A DNA stretch of 61,803 nucleotides, the filler included, from Candidatus Woesearchaeota archaeon (GTDB lineage Archaea > Nanobdellota > Nanobdellia > Woesearchaeales > B72-G16), in assembly GCA_003650545.1 (NCBI GenBank). It is 4 parts of 4 records of this genome, joined end to end, with 100 filler letters (N's around TTAATTAATTAA, not from the genome) between each part and the next. Parts side by side here need not be neighbours in the genome. Positions count along the whole stretch, not along the records: positions 1 to 16,736 come from QMQO01000030.1; 3 more parts are not named here. One strand, 5' to 3'. Position 1 is the first letter of the stretch. Each line of letters starts with the position of its first letter. The notes under the pieces are model-generated. The model did not search any database. It was not told where the DNA came from and was given only the letters and a program-made list of their open reading frames with translations. The position numbers were made by a program, and so were the translations under genes. Shown here one piece after another: positions 1 through 12,300 of this stretch.

Positions 1-318
1 GAAATCAATGCCTTAAGCAGTTTACAGTCAGACATTGCCAACCGCTTTGATCAGAAGTTTGGCTCTGAAACCTTCTCCAATGGCAAGACCTTGACTGGCT
101 TCCTGGATGAAGTTGATGCCTTAATAGATTTACAGTCTAACATTGTCAACCGCATTACCCAGAAGTTCGATATGCAGACCGATGATAATGGTACTCCCGA
201 AGATACCTCGGATGATACTTGGTATTCGAACATCACTTTCTCCAACGGTAAGACCTACAAGGATTTCTTGGCTGATGTAGGAGCTTTAGTTGAGCTAGAG
301 CAGCAAATTATTACAGCT
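1..318 (+). repeat. ~35-aa helical protein repeat in the giant protein
   Basis: ALSSLQSDIANRFDQKF..TFSNGKTLTGFL / ALIDLQSNIVNRITQKF..TFSNGKTYKDFL / ALVELEQQI. Confidence 0.75.
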
Positions 319-3300
319 TATCTTGATTTTGCAGAAGAAGCGCTGGGTAAACCGATTAGCGGTTATCAGATTTCATTCTCTGATACTAATAAAAATGAAG
401 TTTGGGATGAAGGCGAAGAGCCGGTGATTTATTTAGTTCATGATGAAGCCTGGCAGCAGGGTGAACAATGGAGCCAGGCTACTTCGATTAATCAGGATGG
501 TTATATTAGTTGGAGCAGAGAAGAGACAGTATACGGCACAGTTGTAACCGGCAAGATTTATAACGACAGCGGTGAATATCAGGGCAAGCAAGAACTCTTC
601 TATTTAGGAGGCCAGCTTTTAGGTTATACTATTGAATCTGCCGATGGTTTAACCCGTACCCGTTACGATAGTGAAGGTAATGCCGAGTTAACCGTAAGAA
701 CAACAGAAGATGGCTCTCAAGAATTTACCTATTGGCAGACAGAAATAATAGAAGTTGATTTTATCGGAGCGGTTGTAGTGCAGACAGGTAAAGTTTATAA
801 AGACGGCGAATTCCAGGGTATTCAGGAATTTTATTATCGAGCTGGCGAGGATCAACCCTATGGTTACACCATTGAATCCGCAGACGGTTTAAGCCGCACT
901 TATTATGACGCTGATAATAATCCTGTGAGTACTGTGAATGAACTTGCTGATGGCTCTCAGCAGATGATTTCATGGATGTCTACGGAAATAATGAATAGTG
1001 CAGAATTAGGCCAATATTTAGTCCAGACCGGCAGGGTCAGGATAAACGGCCAGGACCAAGGGGTTCAGCAGTTCTTTTACAAAATTGAAAATAATGAGTT
1101 AATACCGGTTGAGGCCCCGGAAGTAGAACCCCAGGTAAAATCCGGTTCTGAGCCAACTGGTGTATGGGGTTGGATGTGTAGGAACATTGGCCGGCCGGTT
1201 AAGAACCACTGGCAAGGTATAGTAGGAGCAGTAGAGATTGTTGTTGGGGTAGTACTTTGCGTTACTGGCGTGGGTGCACCTATAGGTGCAGCTATGATTC
1301 TTAATGGGCTATGGATGATCGCCGGAGAAATTCAAAAATCCATGCCAGATTCTGGTTGGGCTAACAACAAATTCGCCAGACTCTTATTATATGGTGACCC
1401 GAATAATCCGCAATTATGGGAAACAGCCTTAATGGCGATTCCTATCCCCGGGGTGGGCAAACTTGCGCATATAGTTTTGAAACCAGTGCTTTCTGCGGCT
1501 GCTAGAGTAGCCATTAAACCGTTAATCGCAGTAGGCGCAAAAGCAGTTGTGGGATTGGTAAAGGTTGCTGTTCCGGCAATTGCTAAAGCAGTAGCGAAAC
1601 CAATACTCTCCGGAATTACCAAGGTCGCAGTTAAACCAGTAGCTTCTTTAGGCAGTAAATTAATCGCAAGCGTAATCAAACCGGCGGTTTCTACAATAGC
1701 TAAGGTAACTGTTAATCCGGTTACCAGATTCAGCTCTAACGTTATATCAAAATATATTACTCCGGTAGCAAGTAAAATAGCAGTTTCCAGGCCTATTACA
1801 ATGCTATCCAGTATTAGCACAAGGGTTACCTCTACGCAGCTACCTAAGACAGCATTGAGCCTTGGTTGGAAAGGAACTGTAGGTGCAGTTAATTTTAGTC
1901 TTAGAAAGGGGCTTCCGGTTTTAACAGTCGGCCCGATGGGTACAGCCGCCCTTATGGATGCCAAAAACATCGAATTTGATTTAGAAGGAAATGGCCCTTG
2001 GGCGCTCTGGCAGGCAATCGGTGCAGCGCAATGGGCTTCTGTAGCCGAATGGTTCCACACCACCTTTACCCACAATCAGGAGAAAGCGGGTTATTATAAT
2101 TTTATGCGCCAGGTCGCCAGTCAACAACAGGCAGAGATTTTTGCTAACTGGAGAGGCGCAGTCGACGTTCCGGTACTTTCTCAGATACTTCAGATAGGTA
2201 TCGGCGGATTAGAGGCTTTAACCGGATTTGCGCAATTCCCGGCTTCTTATTTACATCATATTGCAAATTACGGAGTTGTAAGAGGAACTTTAGCTATGTC
2301 GGTAGCAGTATTAGGTTATTTTGCCAGTGTTGCCGATATGCTTTTACATACTTTTGAGTCTTTGCCTCAAGGGACAGTTAATGCCGATGAGGGTATATTC
2401 TATCAGGGCTGGTTTATGGATCATACCGTAAGAAAAGTTTTTGGAGAGAGCGCCTGGCAATACTTAAATCCCGAGGGCTATTCAGTTTTACCTAATAAAG
2501 AATATAGAGGTTTATGGGAATTTTTACCTAATGCTGCCCTGCTGCTTGTTCCGCACATTGAAGCAGGTAGGGCGAGGGCAGAGCAGCGCGCAAAACAGCA
2601 GAGCGGCCCTGTTAATCCGATTGATTCTACAATGCGCTTTGAAACCAGAGGAAGATTAGAGCAGGTAGTTGCAGGCGTTAATAGTGTTTTACTTGCTCCG
2701 GTGCATTTATTTACTGCCTTAATAAATCAGCCTTTAAAGATACTGGAAGCCTTAGGATATAAAACAAAAGGATTGTCTTTTCGCGAAGGATTAAAGGATG
2801 CATTTAGTGCTGCTCGCCTGATACAGGATTTCGTACCTATAGTTGGCAGGGAAATGGCTGATGAATATGCTAAAGAGATATACAGGCTTTTACAGGGCAC
2901 AACAGAGATACGCAAGGCTTATGAGATTTTAGGTTTAGATTCCAATCGTACTTATACTGATAAAGAAGTAAGAGATGCATATACAAGGCTTGCGCGTCAA
3001 TATCATCCTGATAAGGGCGGAAGCGTCGAGAAAATGGTAGAGATCAACAAAGTTTTTGAGTTAATAAAAACAGCAGAAGTCAGGCAGATGTATAATAGCG
3101 GCTTAGGGATTAATAGGTTAAACATACGCCAAACCTTAGATGATGCAAAGAACAGGATTACAGATTTCTTTGTTAATCTGTTCAGGTTCGGTAAAAAGCA
3201 AAGTGCCGCCGGTGTAGTATTGTATAATAGCGCAAATGGCTCAAGAACCAACACTGCAACAGTAGACAATCGAGGAACAGAGAATTTAAATATTAAGATA

Positions 3301-6300
3301 GAAAACGCTGGAACAGAAGTAGCTAGAATAAATAACGAGGCCAGAGAAGCTCAGGTCGCAATCCGCCAGCAAGTAGGAGATGTTAGCAGAACCCAACCTA
3401 AAGAAATTATCGTTATTCCGGATATACACGCCCAAGAAGCTAAATTAGAACAAATTTTAGTAGATGCTGGAGTAGTAACAATAGAAGAAGGCAGATGGGT
3501 AGTTACTCCTAGCCTTTTAAGTGGAGAGAAAATAGTTGTAATGCTTGGCGACCTTATTCATGGCGAACGCGCCTACCCTGGGGAGGAGCCTCAGATTGCC
3601 CTCCTAAGAAAAGTTATGGCTCTTGAGAAAGATGCTAACGGAAACTTAATAGTAATTAAAGGTAATCATGAGGAAGCAGAATTAAAGAGGGTAGAATTAA
3701 AGCGTACAGCCATAAGCAAGAGGGCAGGAGGGATTAATATTCATCAAGGGATTGCTCCGGAGGGAGAATATAGATTAGCTGGAGATATAAAGACTTGGAT
3801 CTCTGGATTACCTGAATCTTATCAAATAGACGGATTAGAATTTGCTCATGCTGGCCCTTTTGCAGAAGACCGGCTTTGGGATAGAGGATGGTTTAATAAT
3901 GAAGAGGGAGTCAGAAGAGTTTTTGCAGAAAGAGGAATAAATTTTGGAGTTTACGGACATACACCTGGTGTTGAGCTAGGCATGGTTGGGAATCGCGATC
4001 AAATTAGGCTAGCCGTAGGTAATCAAGCAGCAGTACTTGATATAAATAGATTTGTTACAGGATACGGTAAGTTTATCCTTGAATCTAACCAATGGATATT
4101 CAAAGAGGTTATTTTAGGACAAGGCGAACGCTCATTAACTAGAATTAATGCCAGAAATTCTTTACCAAGCCGAGCGGGAAACAAAGCAGAAGCCGTAGAA
4201 GTTCAACCAGAAGTTCCCCAATCAAGTGTAGTAGATAATAATAGCCTGAATATAGAACCGGTAGCCGTTCCAGAAGTTTTAGATAATTCAGAGGCAGTTA
4301 ATCCTCAAGAAGCAAATATAGGTTCTGTTGGCATCAGGGCGCCTCCGGTTTCAAGTGTTGAAAATTCTCCTGCCGCAGAAAGTTCCCTTCAGCCATCCTT
4401 ATTTGATAATGATCTAGATTTCAGCGCAACCTTACCCCGGTTTGATTATCAGCAGCCCATAGCTTCATCCGAAGTTTCAGAAAGTTCTAACCTGAATGGC
4501 GTTCCTCAAACGATTTTAGATGGTATAAATACCTTAATAAATAATCCAGAAACAGCCATTTCGCTATTTATCACTTCTACGCTAGAGTCATTCTTACGCC
4601 AGCAAGGAGTATCTGCAGAAGAGATTGTTAAATTAACTCCTCAGCAAGCTTGGGCAAAAGCTGCAGAAATTGTTAAAGGAGCTCAAGGAGTAGCAGAGCC
4701 GAAGGCAGAAACCTCAGCTGCGCAAACAGAGCCGAGCCAGTTAACTCTGCCGCTTTTTGTGGGGACCTCAAAAGCAGTAGATTTTGAGGCTAATCCTTCA
4801 GCTGCAGGGTTAGTTTCCCGCGCTTTAAGTTATGAAAGATACCTCGCCAATCAATTCTATGGCAATAGCGATACCTCAGTAATTGAACCAGGTATACTTG
4901 CAAAAGATTTAAATATTAATTGGCAGCAGAGAATTGCTTCTAATCCCAGGCTAAGCCGCCTTACTGATTTAATCAGAGATACCTTAGGAAAGAGGCATTA
5001 TAACCCCGGTCAGATTGCTGTTGTCTATGATCTAGTAGGCGAGCATAAACTTTCGCAGGAGGTATTAGGGCACAGGTTATCCGGAGGTAAGACTGAGGCT
5101 TACCTGATTGCGATTCTATTCAGTGCCCAGGAAAAAGGCAAGGGCATTTACGAGGTAATCGTACCTAGAGAACACAATATTACTAGCGTACTGCAGCAGA
5201 AAGCAGCGGGATTAATGCTGGAAAATCCTGATATTTTGGTCAGGGTCTTAACCAGTCCGGAAGAAGGCCTTAAGATTGACGCACAAGGACAGAAGTTATA
5301 TAACCCCTTAAAAGACGTGGGATCCGGCGCAACCGCAGAAATCTTAAGCTCTCAGGCCTTATCGCAGAATCCAAAAATAGAAATACATTTCTTAGATTAT
5401 AAAGCTGCCTTACACCGCGCAAGTGAAGTCACCCATGAAAGAGGCGGCAAAGAAGATATAGAGGCGATTACGAATGCGACAGTAGATGATCCTACAGCAA
5501 TGTATCCTCAGCCTGCCTTAGAGTTAGCTGAAAGCCATTATTACGAGTCAATGGTAGAGAAAGATGCTTCTATGGCTGCGGCATTACATCGCGCCACAGA
5601 GGCTATGGAGGGTATCTATAGGCGTTTAGAAGAGGCTTACAAAAACGGCAGCATTAAGTTAATTAACCCGGTAGACCCAGAATTAAATAAGCCCAATCCC
5701 GGCTTTTACCTTGTCGATAAGGATAATTCATCTCAATTCGTAATCGGAAAGATTGCTGAAGAATTCTTAGGAAATTCTGATTTAACAGTCGTAAGAGAGC
5801 ACCTTGAGAAGAAATTGAATTTACAAGGAGAAGATTTATTTAAAGCCTTAACCAATGCCTGGGCCCAAGCAGCTTACGGGCTTAAAGCAGGAAGAGAATA
5901 TACAAACTTGTTCTATGAATTAGCCAGGCCAGGAACTGACGTAGAAGCAGTTAAAGAATCTTTTAAAGGTATACCTTATAATATGAACGATCTTCAAGGA
6001 GAAAGAGAAGAAGGCACTTTTAACGGAGACCGCCTGATTAGCGCAATATTGGCAGTAAAGACTGTTTTGGAGGCACGGGAAAAAGGAATTGAAGTTTCCG
6101 CAGAACAGGCTGCTGAGGGCTTCATTAATAGCATATTCCATGAAACCCTTGAGTCTACTTCTTATGCTGATGTGTTTGGAAAAGGTAAAGGCGCAATCAG
6201 CCTTAAAAAGACCACCTTATTTTCAGGAACAACTGAACGAGACCTGCCCGCATATAAAGTTCAGAAATACCCTGTATCATTAATAACAAAAGAGCCGCTC

Positions 6301-9300
6301 TTAGAACTAGGTAAGGATTTAGATATTGTAGTGGTGAATACAGCTGAAGATCCTCTGGCTTTAGTCAAGGCAGTAGAGAGGTTATCCCGCCAGACTAATG
6401 CAGACCATGTTTTTATCACTAGTAAAGATGCAGAGAATTTAGATTTAGTCAGCAACCAATTAGATTCTAAGGTAGTAGGCAGCGTCAGGGGTGCTGACCG
6501 CCAGCAGGCTTTAAGTCAGATGGAAGAGTTGGCAGCGAGCGTAGGCGCAGGCAAGTCCGGGATCAGGACTATCCAAAAAGAAATTACCGGCAGTAACTTT
6601 GCTGCCCAGACTTTACAAAACCAGGGTCAGACCGCAAAGATATTTGAAACCAACCTCTTTGGTTTAACAGAGTTAACCCAGAGAGGCGGCCGCATTGATA
6701 AGACAAACAGATTACCTGCTCCCGAAGGAGAAACCCCGGTGACATTAGTAGTGGATATTGCCACAGACGGCGGATTAACCATACAGCAGAGAGAATGGTT
6801 AAAAATTCTGACTCCCGAACAGCAGAGAACAGCGATATTCGATATCTTAATGCAACTGGATGTCTGGGAGGCTTTACGCAGTACTGAGAATGCCACGCGC
6901 TCTATGACTAAAAACGTAAAAATACGCGCTGCAGTAAGGCCGAATCAAGAAGCTGTGGCAGAACTGATTAATAGATTTAAAGAAGCAAGCGAAAGAAATG
7001 CTAGCGCTCCTTTGAAAGTTGAGCAGCCAAGAGTTACAGCAGAGACACCTGCCACGGTAGAAGGCTTAATAAATAAATTTTCTCTTAGCCAAGAAGCAGA
7101 AGGATTTTTAAGGAATCCTGAATATGGTTTATCCACTGGAGAAAACTTAACTACCTTGGGTAAATTCATGGCTGAGAAAGTGTTGGCCTTGACCCGGATA
7201 GAAGGGGTTCGCAGTGCTTTACTCAAGATGGGATTATTACCCCAGGCAGAAGTTGTTTCACCTATAGAAGTTGACTTGCAGGCAGCCTTGGCGACACAGG
7301 AGGCTTTTGGCATAGTAAGGGCAGCAGTGGAAGCAGGTATGTATATAAATAATGCTGTTGATTTAGTGGTAAATATAGCTAAGCTGATTGAGGCAGATAC
7401 CCAAGGAATAATCAATACTCCTGCCTTAGCTGAATTAAAAGATTTGCAGCTTCAGATGCGCCAGGATCCTTTAGTAGCCCTGCCCGGCTTTATTTTAAAT
7501 AAAATCAATCCGGATAGTAGCGAAACCAGAGAGGCTTTAGAAGCAGTTATTAATCCCATAAATAAGGCAAAAGATAAAGCAGAATCAATAGAAAATAAAA
7601 TAAAAGGATTTTTCTATAGCCATCCTAGTTTAGTTACGTCTTACATGAATGTAGAGAAGAGACTTAAAAACGCAGATTCTTATAATTCACCTGAACAATT
7701 AAATTCTGTTCCCGCCTTGAATAATCTTGTAAATAACCCCAGCTTACAACGCTTACAGGAGTCTACTTATTCCATCTGGAAGAAAATTAAGGCTGTAGCA
7801 CCGGAATTATTTAATCCAAAAGTTATCTTGCATCTTCCGCAGATTGCCTATTATGGCCTTAAAGTATATTCTGCGCAAAAAGCAGGAGAAAAGGCCCAGA
7901 TTAACGCCGCAGGAACAGCCGAACTTGGCAGACTCGCTGGTTTTGAAAGGCCTTTTGAATTCAGCAGGGTTTTCGGTTTAAGTGATGGGGCCATTGAAAT
8001 CTATAATAAATTAAGCGATCAGAGAGAAATAAATGCGTTAAAAGTAGAACCCGCGATTTTAAATAAAGTAGGGCTTTTTGAGCTGGAGAGCTTGGCCGGC
8101 GATCAGAGTGAGCTTCATAATAAGCTTTTTGAATTCCTTAAATACAAGGCCAACTTATCTGCAGAGGCTTTTAGACTTATATTAACTATTGAGAGTATCC
8201 TTGAAGTTGTAAGGTACGTAGCAATGCTTGGGCTTATTAAGCAATTGGGCGGCAAGGAGCAAGCCAAAGGATTCGATCAGCTTATTGAGAATATCCAGGA
8301 TAATATTAACTATATAAGCGAGAACTTACCTGATTGGGCAGATAATCCTAAGTCTTACATCGGTATGCAGGAAATCACAGATATAGCTACGGCTTTTGAG
8401 GTAGAAGAGGATGTAGTTTATTCGCTGGTTCTTGGCTTGACCAACAATGCCCAGACAATGGCAAGAATTAATACAAATTATAATTATTGGCAACCGCGCC
8501 TAGAGTTAATGAGAAGGGCAGGAGAGCAGATTTCTGATAGCACTTTTGATGTGAGAAATCTTGCCAGTTTTGATATGCGCGGTAGCAGTACAGGCTTGAA
8601 AGATACTTATCACCGGGCAGTTGCAGAGTTAATAGTTAGAGATTTGCTGCCTCAGGAATTAGAGCTATTCGTTAATGGCCAGACAACAGAAGCTATTGAT
8701 ACTAAGATCGCTTCTGCCTTGGATGTTGGCCTAAACAATAATCTTTACGAGCAGATTAGCGTAACGGATATCAAGGCCATCGTTACTGGAATCAAAGCAG
8801 CGCAGGAAAGATACGAAACAAAAATTAATGCCGCTATAGAGGGAATTCAGGATGAGATTGAATCCAAACAGCAGCGTTTGGCAGCTATTAAGAATCCCAG
8901 CGTTGACTCTAGAAACGATTATAATAGATTGACCGAATTAAGCGAAGATTATTTAGAGAGAGAAGAATTAAAGAGCGGGATCGCCAAATTAGAAAAAGCC
9001 CTTACTTATGCTGAAGAGATTGCTGATGATCAAGATTTAACTTTAGCAGAGAAGCTCGGCTATATTAATTTAACCGCAAGCGATGATGTCCTGGTGCCGT
9101 ATAGTGCAGTAATTCGGGCTACCAGGAGTACGGTTGGGACGAGTGAGTTTGCTAATATTTTGGAATATGAATTAACTCAACCGAGCAGTAAAACAGGCGT
9201 AACAGAAGTATTAGTCATCCCTGTAAGTTTAAAAGAAATTGTATTGTCTGTTAGAGAATCTATAATGGCGAATATTGAAGCAGATCAGGACGTTGAGCTC

Positions 9301-12300
9301 CTGATTGATCGCGCACTGGTAAGAGCTATGTCCAGAATTGCCGGTGAAGGATTAGCTAGCAGGATTCAAGGATTATTTGCCCAAATAGATTGGGATATCG
9401 AAGTTACCTATGCTAACTCCAGTGAAGAAGCTGTTAGTGTAGACGTATTTGCGGAAATGATCGCCAATGGTCATGCCGAGAATATTATCAAAGCTGACTT
9501 AGTTATACCGGTTGACCAGAAGAGCAAAGATTTGATTGGCGAAGTAGCTGCGAATTTGGTTTTAGCAACAGCTGGCGATAGAATAGATGCTTCCGGATTT
9601 GTTCCTATAGAGCAGGCTATATCTGTCAAAGTACAGGGGCAAGAAGGTAATAACCAGGCAGCTAATAAATATATCCGTGTTCGACTTTATGGGCCAAAGA
9701 ACCCGCAAGTAAATTTACCAACCAACGATATGAATCAGGTTTTAAGCATAATTACCCTTATCCAAAATGGCATTGGTGCAATTTGGGGCGCAAGAGGCGG
9801 ACCTTCGGGTACATTCTCAGCAAGCGCGACCCAGGCGCAGGTCGCTAGCTTGCTATTGGTAGAAATATTCAGAGCGCTAAATGAAGTTATAAGAGAAACA
9901 AAAGAAATAAATCCCACCGTTCCTACCGAATCACAAACCAACCCCAATCAAATAAACCAAAAAACCAAAGTTATATTGGAAAACTGCTTAGTCATAGCCT
10001 TAGCTTCTAAATATCCGGAATTAGATTTGACAAGCCCAGAGCGGAATAAGGAAAGATGGGCAGAGGTTATTGCCATAGCTATCAATGGTAATACCGAAGA
10101 GCGAGACGGAAAAACCGCATTCATCTTAACCGAAACATTATTAGAAGCAATTAATGACATTGTAACTAACCTTGGCCATTACCAACCATTACAATTATTT
10201 AGCGGTAAAGATGAAAATGGCAACGCCTGCTATGTATTGGCAGAGAGTGAAAACGATGAGAATCGCATAGTAATCACTGAGAATGCACTCCTCTACCATG
10301 CGCAGCTGAAGGCACAGCAAGTGGTTACTTCCTTAGTGCCGGTTGATTGGGCAGTTGCGCCGCTGTTGATGGTCGCCGGACTGCCTGGGATTGTTAAGGC
10401 AGAAGAAAGCCTCAGCGCGGCTGTCAAAGAAGAACAGATAGCCAGGGTTACAAGGTCTGCTAGGGAGGTTATGGGGGCTATAGAAAGATCATCAGAAAGC
10501 AGCCAATTTAATATAAAAGGCATTATTAAATACTTAAGAGGAATAAAGTATAGCGTGCTCGAAAACCATAATCACCTGGCCTCGATTGACCTTCGGCAGT
10601 TACCCATTGAAGTTACTTTTGATTTAGGCAATTTAATTAGACTAAGCGAAAATGCGATCAAGGTTGTATTAGCCCATGAGTCCGCGGAGGTCTTCTATAG
10701 AACTTGGTGGGCAGCAGTTAATCATCTAAGGCACAACTTAAACTTAATAAACGAAGAAGAATACATAACTTTAAGCAAAACCCGTCACAATATAGTAGAC
10801 CTCCTGGGTATGATTTGGGCAAAAGAAGCTGGTTGCGATGTCTATGCGGGCCGTAAGGGAGCTACCAGCTTAAATGAAATCAGATACACAGCGCAAGGAA
10901 ATCGTAAACCCAAGGATACCGTTGAATTCACAGAAAATGAAGCAGAAATTATTATTCAGGCATTAAGCAGGAATAATGAGGCTGCACTTGAGGAACTCAG
11001 AGCATTATTGGCGCAGAAGACCACGGCCTTTAAGGCCCAGCTTCTTCAGGTAATCACTACGCGCAGCGAACTAAAGAAATTTGCCTGGTTAGATCAACCT
11101 TGGGTTAATTTATATGAAGTAGTAATGCCTGCCCCGCTTTCAAAATTAAAAGTACCTATTAATAAACGATTAGCCCGCCTCTTCGGCGTAAAATTAGAAA
11201 ACGCTGGTACTGATACCGGAATTGCTACTATTTCCGATGTTGATCTTTCACCTGTTAATTATGGCACAGAAAACTATACAGTAAATTATACTGAAGAAGA
11301 AGGTCTTAATGTATCCGTAGCAAATAGCGGCGAAGTTACCAGATCAAGCACAGATGCAGTAGCTGTAGATTTCAGTTGGGTAGAAGCCAATGCTAGCGAC
11401 CAAAAACCGATTTGGATAGCTTTAGATAAGAAGAATATCGCAGAAGGCATAATTAAGCTTGGCAGGCAAGTCGGCTTAAAAGTCATATTTGCCGGCGGCA
11501 CAGCGCGCAGAATGCTCTGGGGCCAGAATCCTATAACAAATTTTGCGGACAAGGAGACAGATGTAGATATTATGATTCAGATCATAGGCAATAAACCGGT
11601 TACTGCCTCTGAGTTAAAATCTATGGTAGATGCCTTTGGAGCTAAAATTAAAGAAAATTACCTTGGCCTGGTCATTGATATAATGAATTACGATGAGAAT
11701 TCTATGAAGGGATATTTGCATGAGGGTTACGCATTATTTAACGAAAAATCACAGGCAGCTACTATTAACCAGACACTAATTACTATAGAAGAAGGCGGGT
11801 GGGTAGTCTGGGATGAAAAAGGCGGCGCATATATTCAGGATGCGCGCAATAATATTCTGCGTTTAGCGCCAAGATCAGGCACAAACGGCGAACTTCTCAT
11901 TTCTTCTGTATTGGCATTTGTTCGCCTGATGGCTGAATTTCCGCAGAAACAGATTGATGCCGATTCATTAGCCCAGATAAGAGGCTTTGTAGAAAATTGG
12001 GATTATGAAAGTGATTCGGCTTATCGCATAAATACTTCCTTACCTGATCAGCGTTTCTTAAAAATATATAAATACGCACAAAAGCCTTCTGAGGTAAATA
12101 ACTTATTAAAGCAGGTAGGGAGAGAAAGCAAGAATCTCTTTACAATATACAGCAAGGTGCTTGATTTGGAACGCATTGCCAGTGTTGCTGCGCAATGGAA
12201 GGGTGGATCAGATTTTAGAGTAGCGGTCATATCAGGTCTTTCCTTGCAAGAGGATCAACCTATCCAGGCGAATATGGTTACAGTAAACCAGGATGATAGC

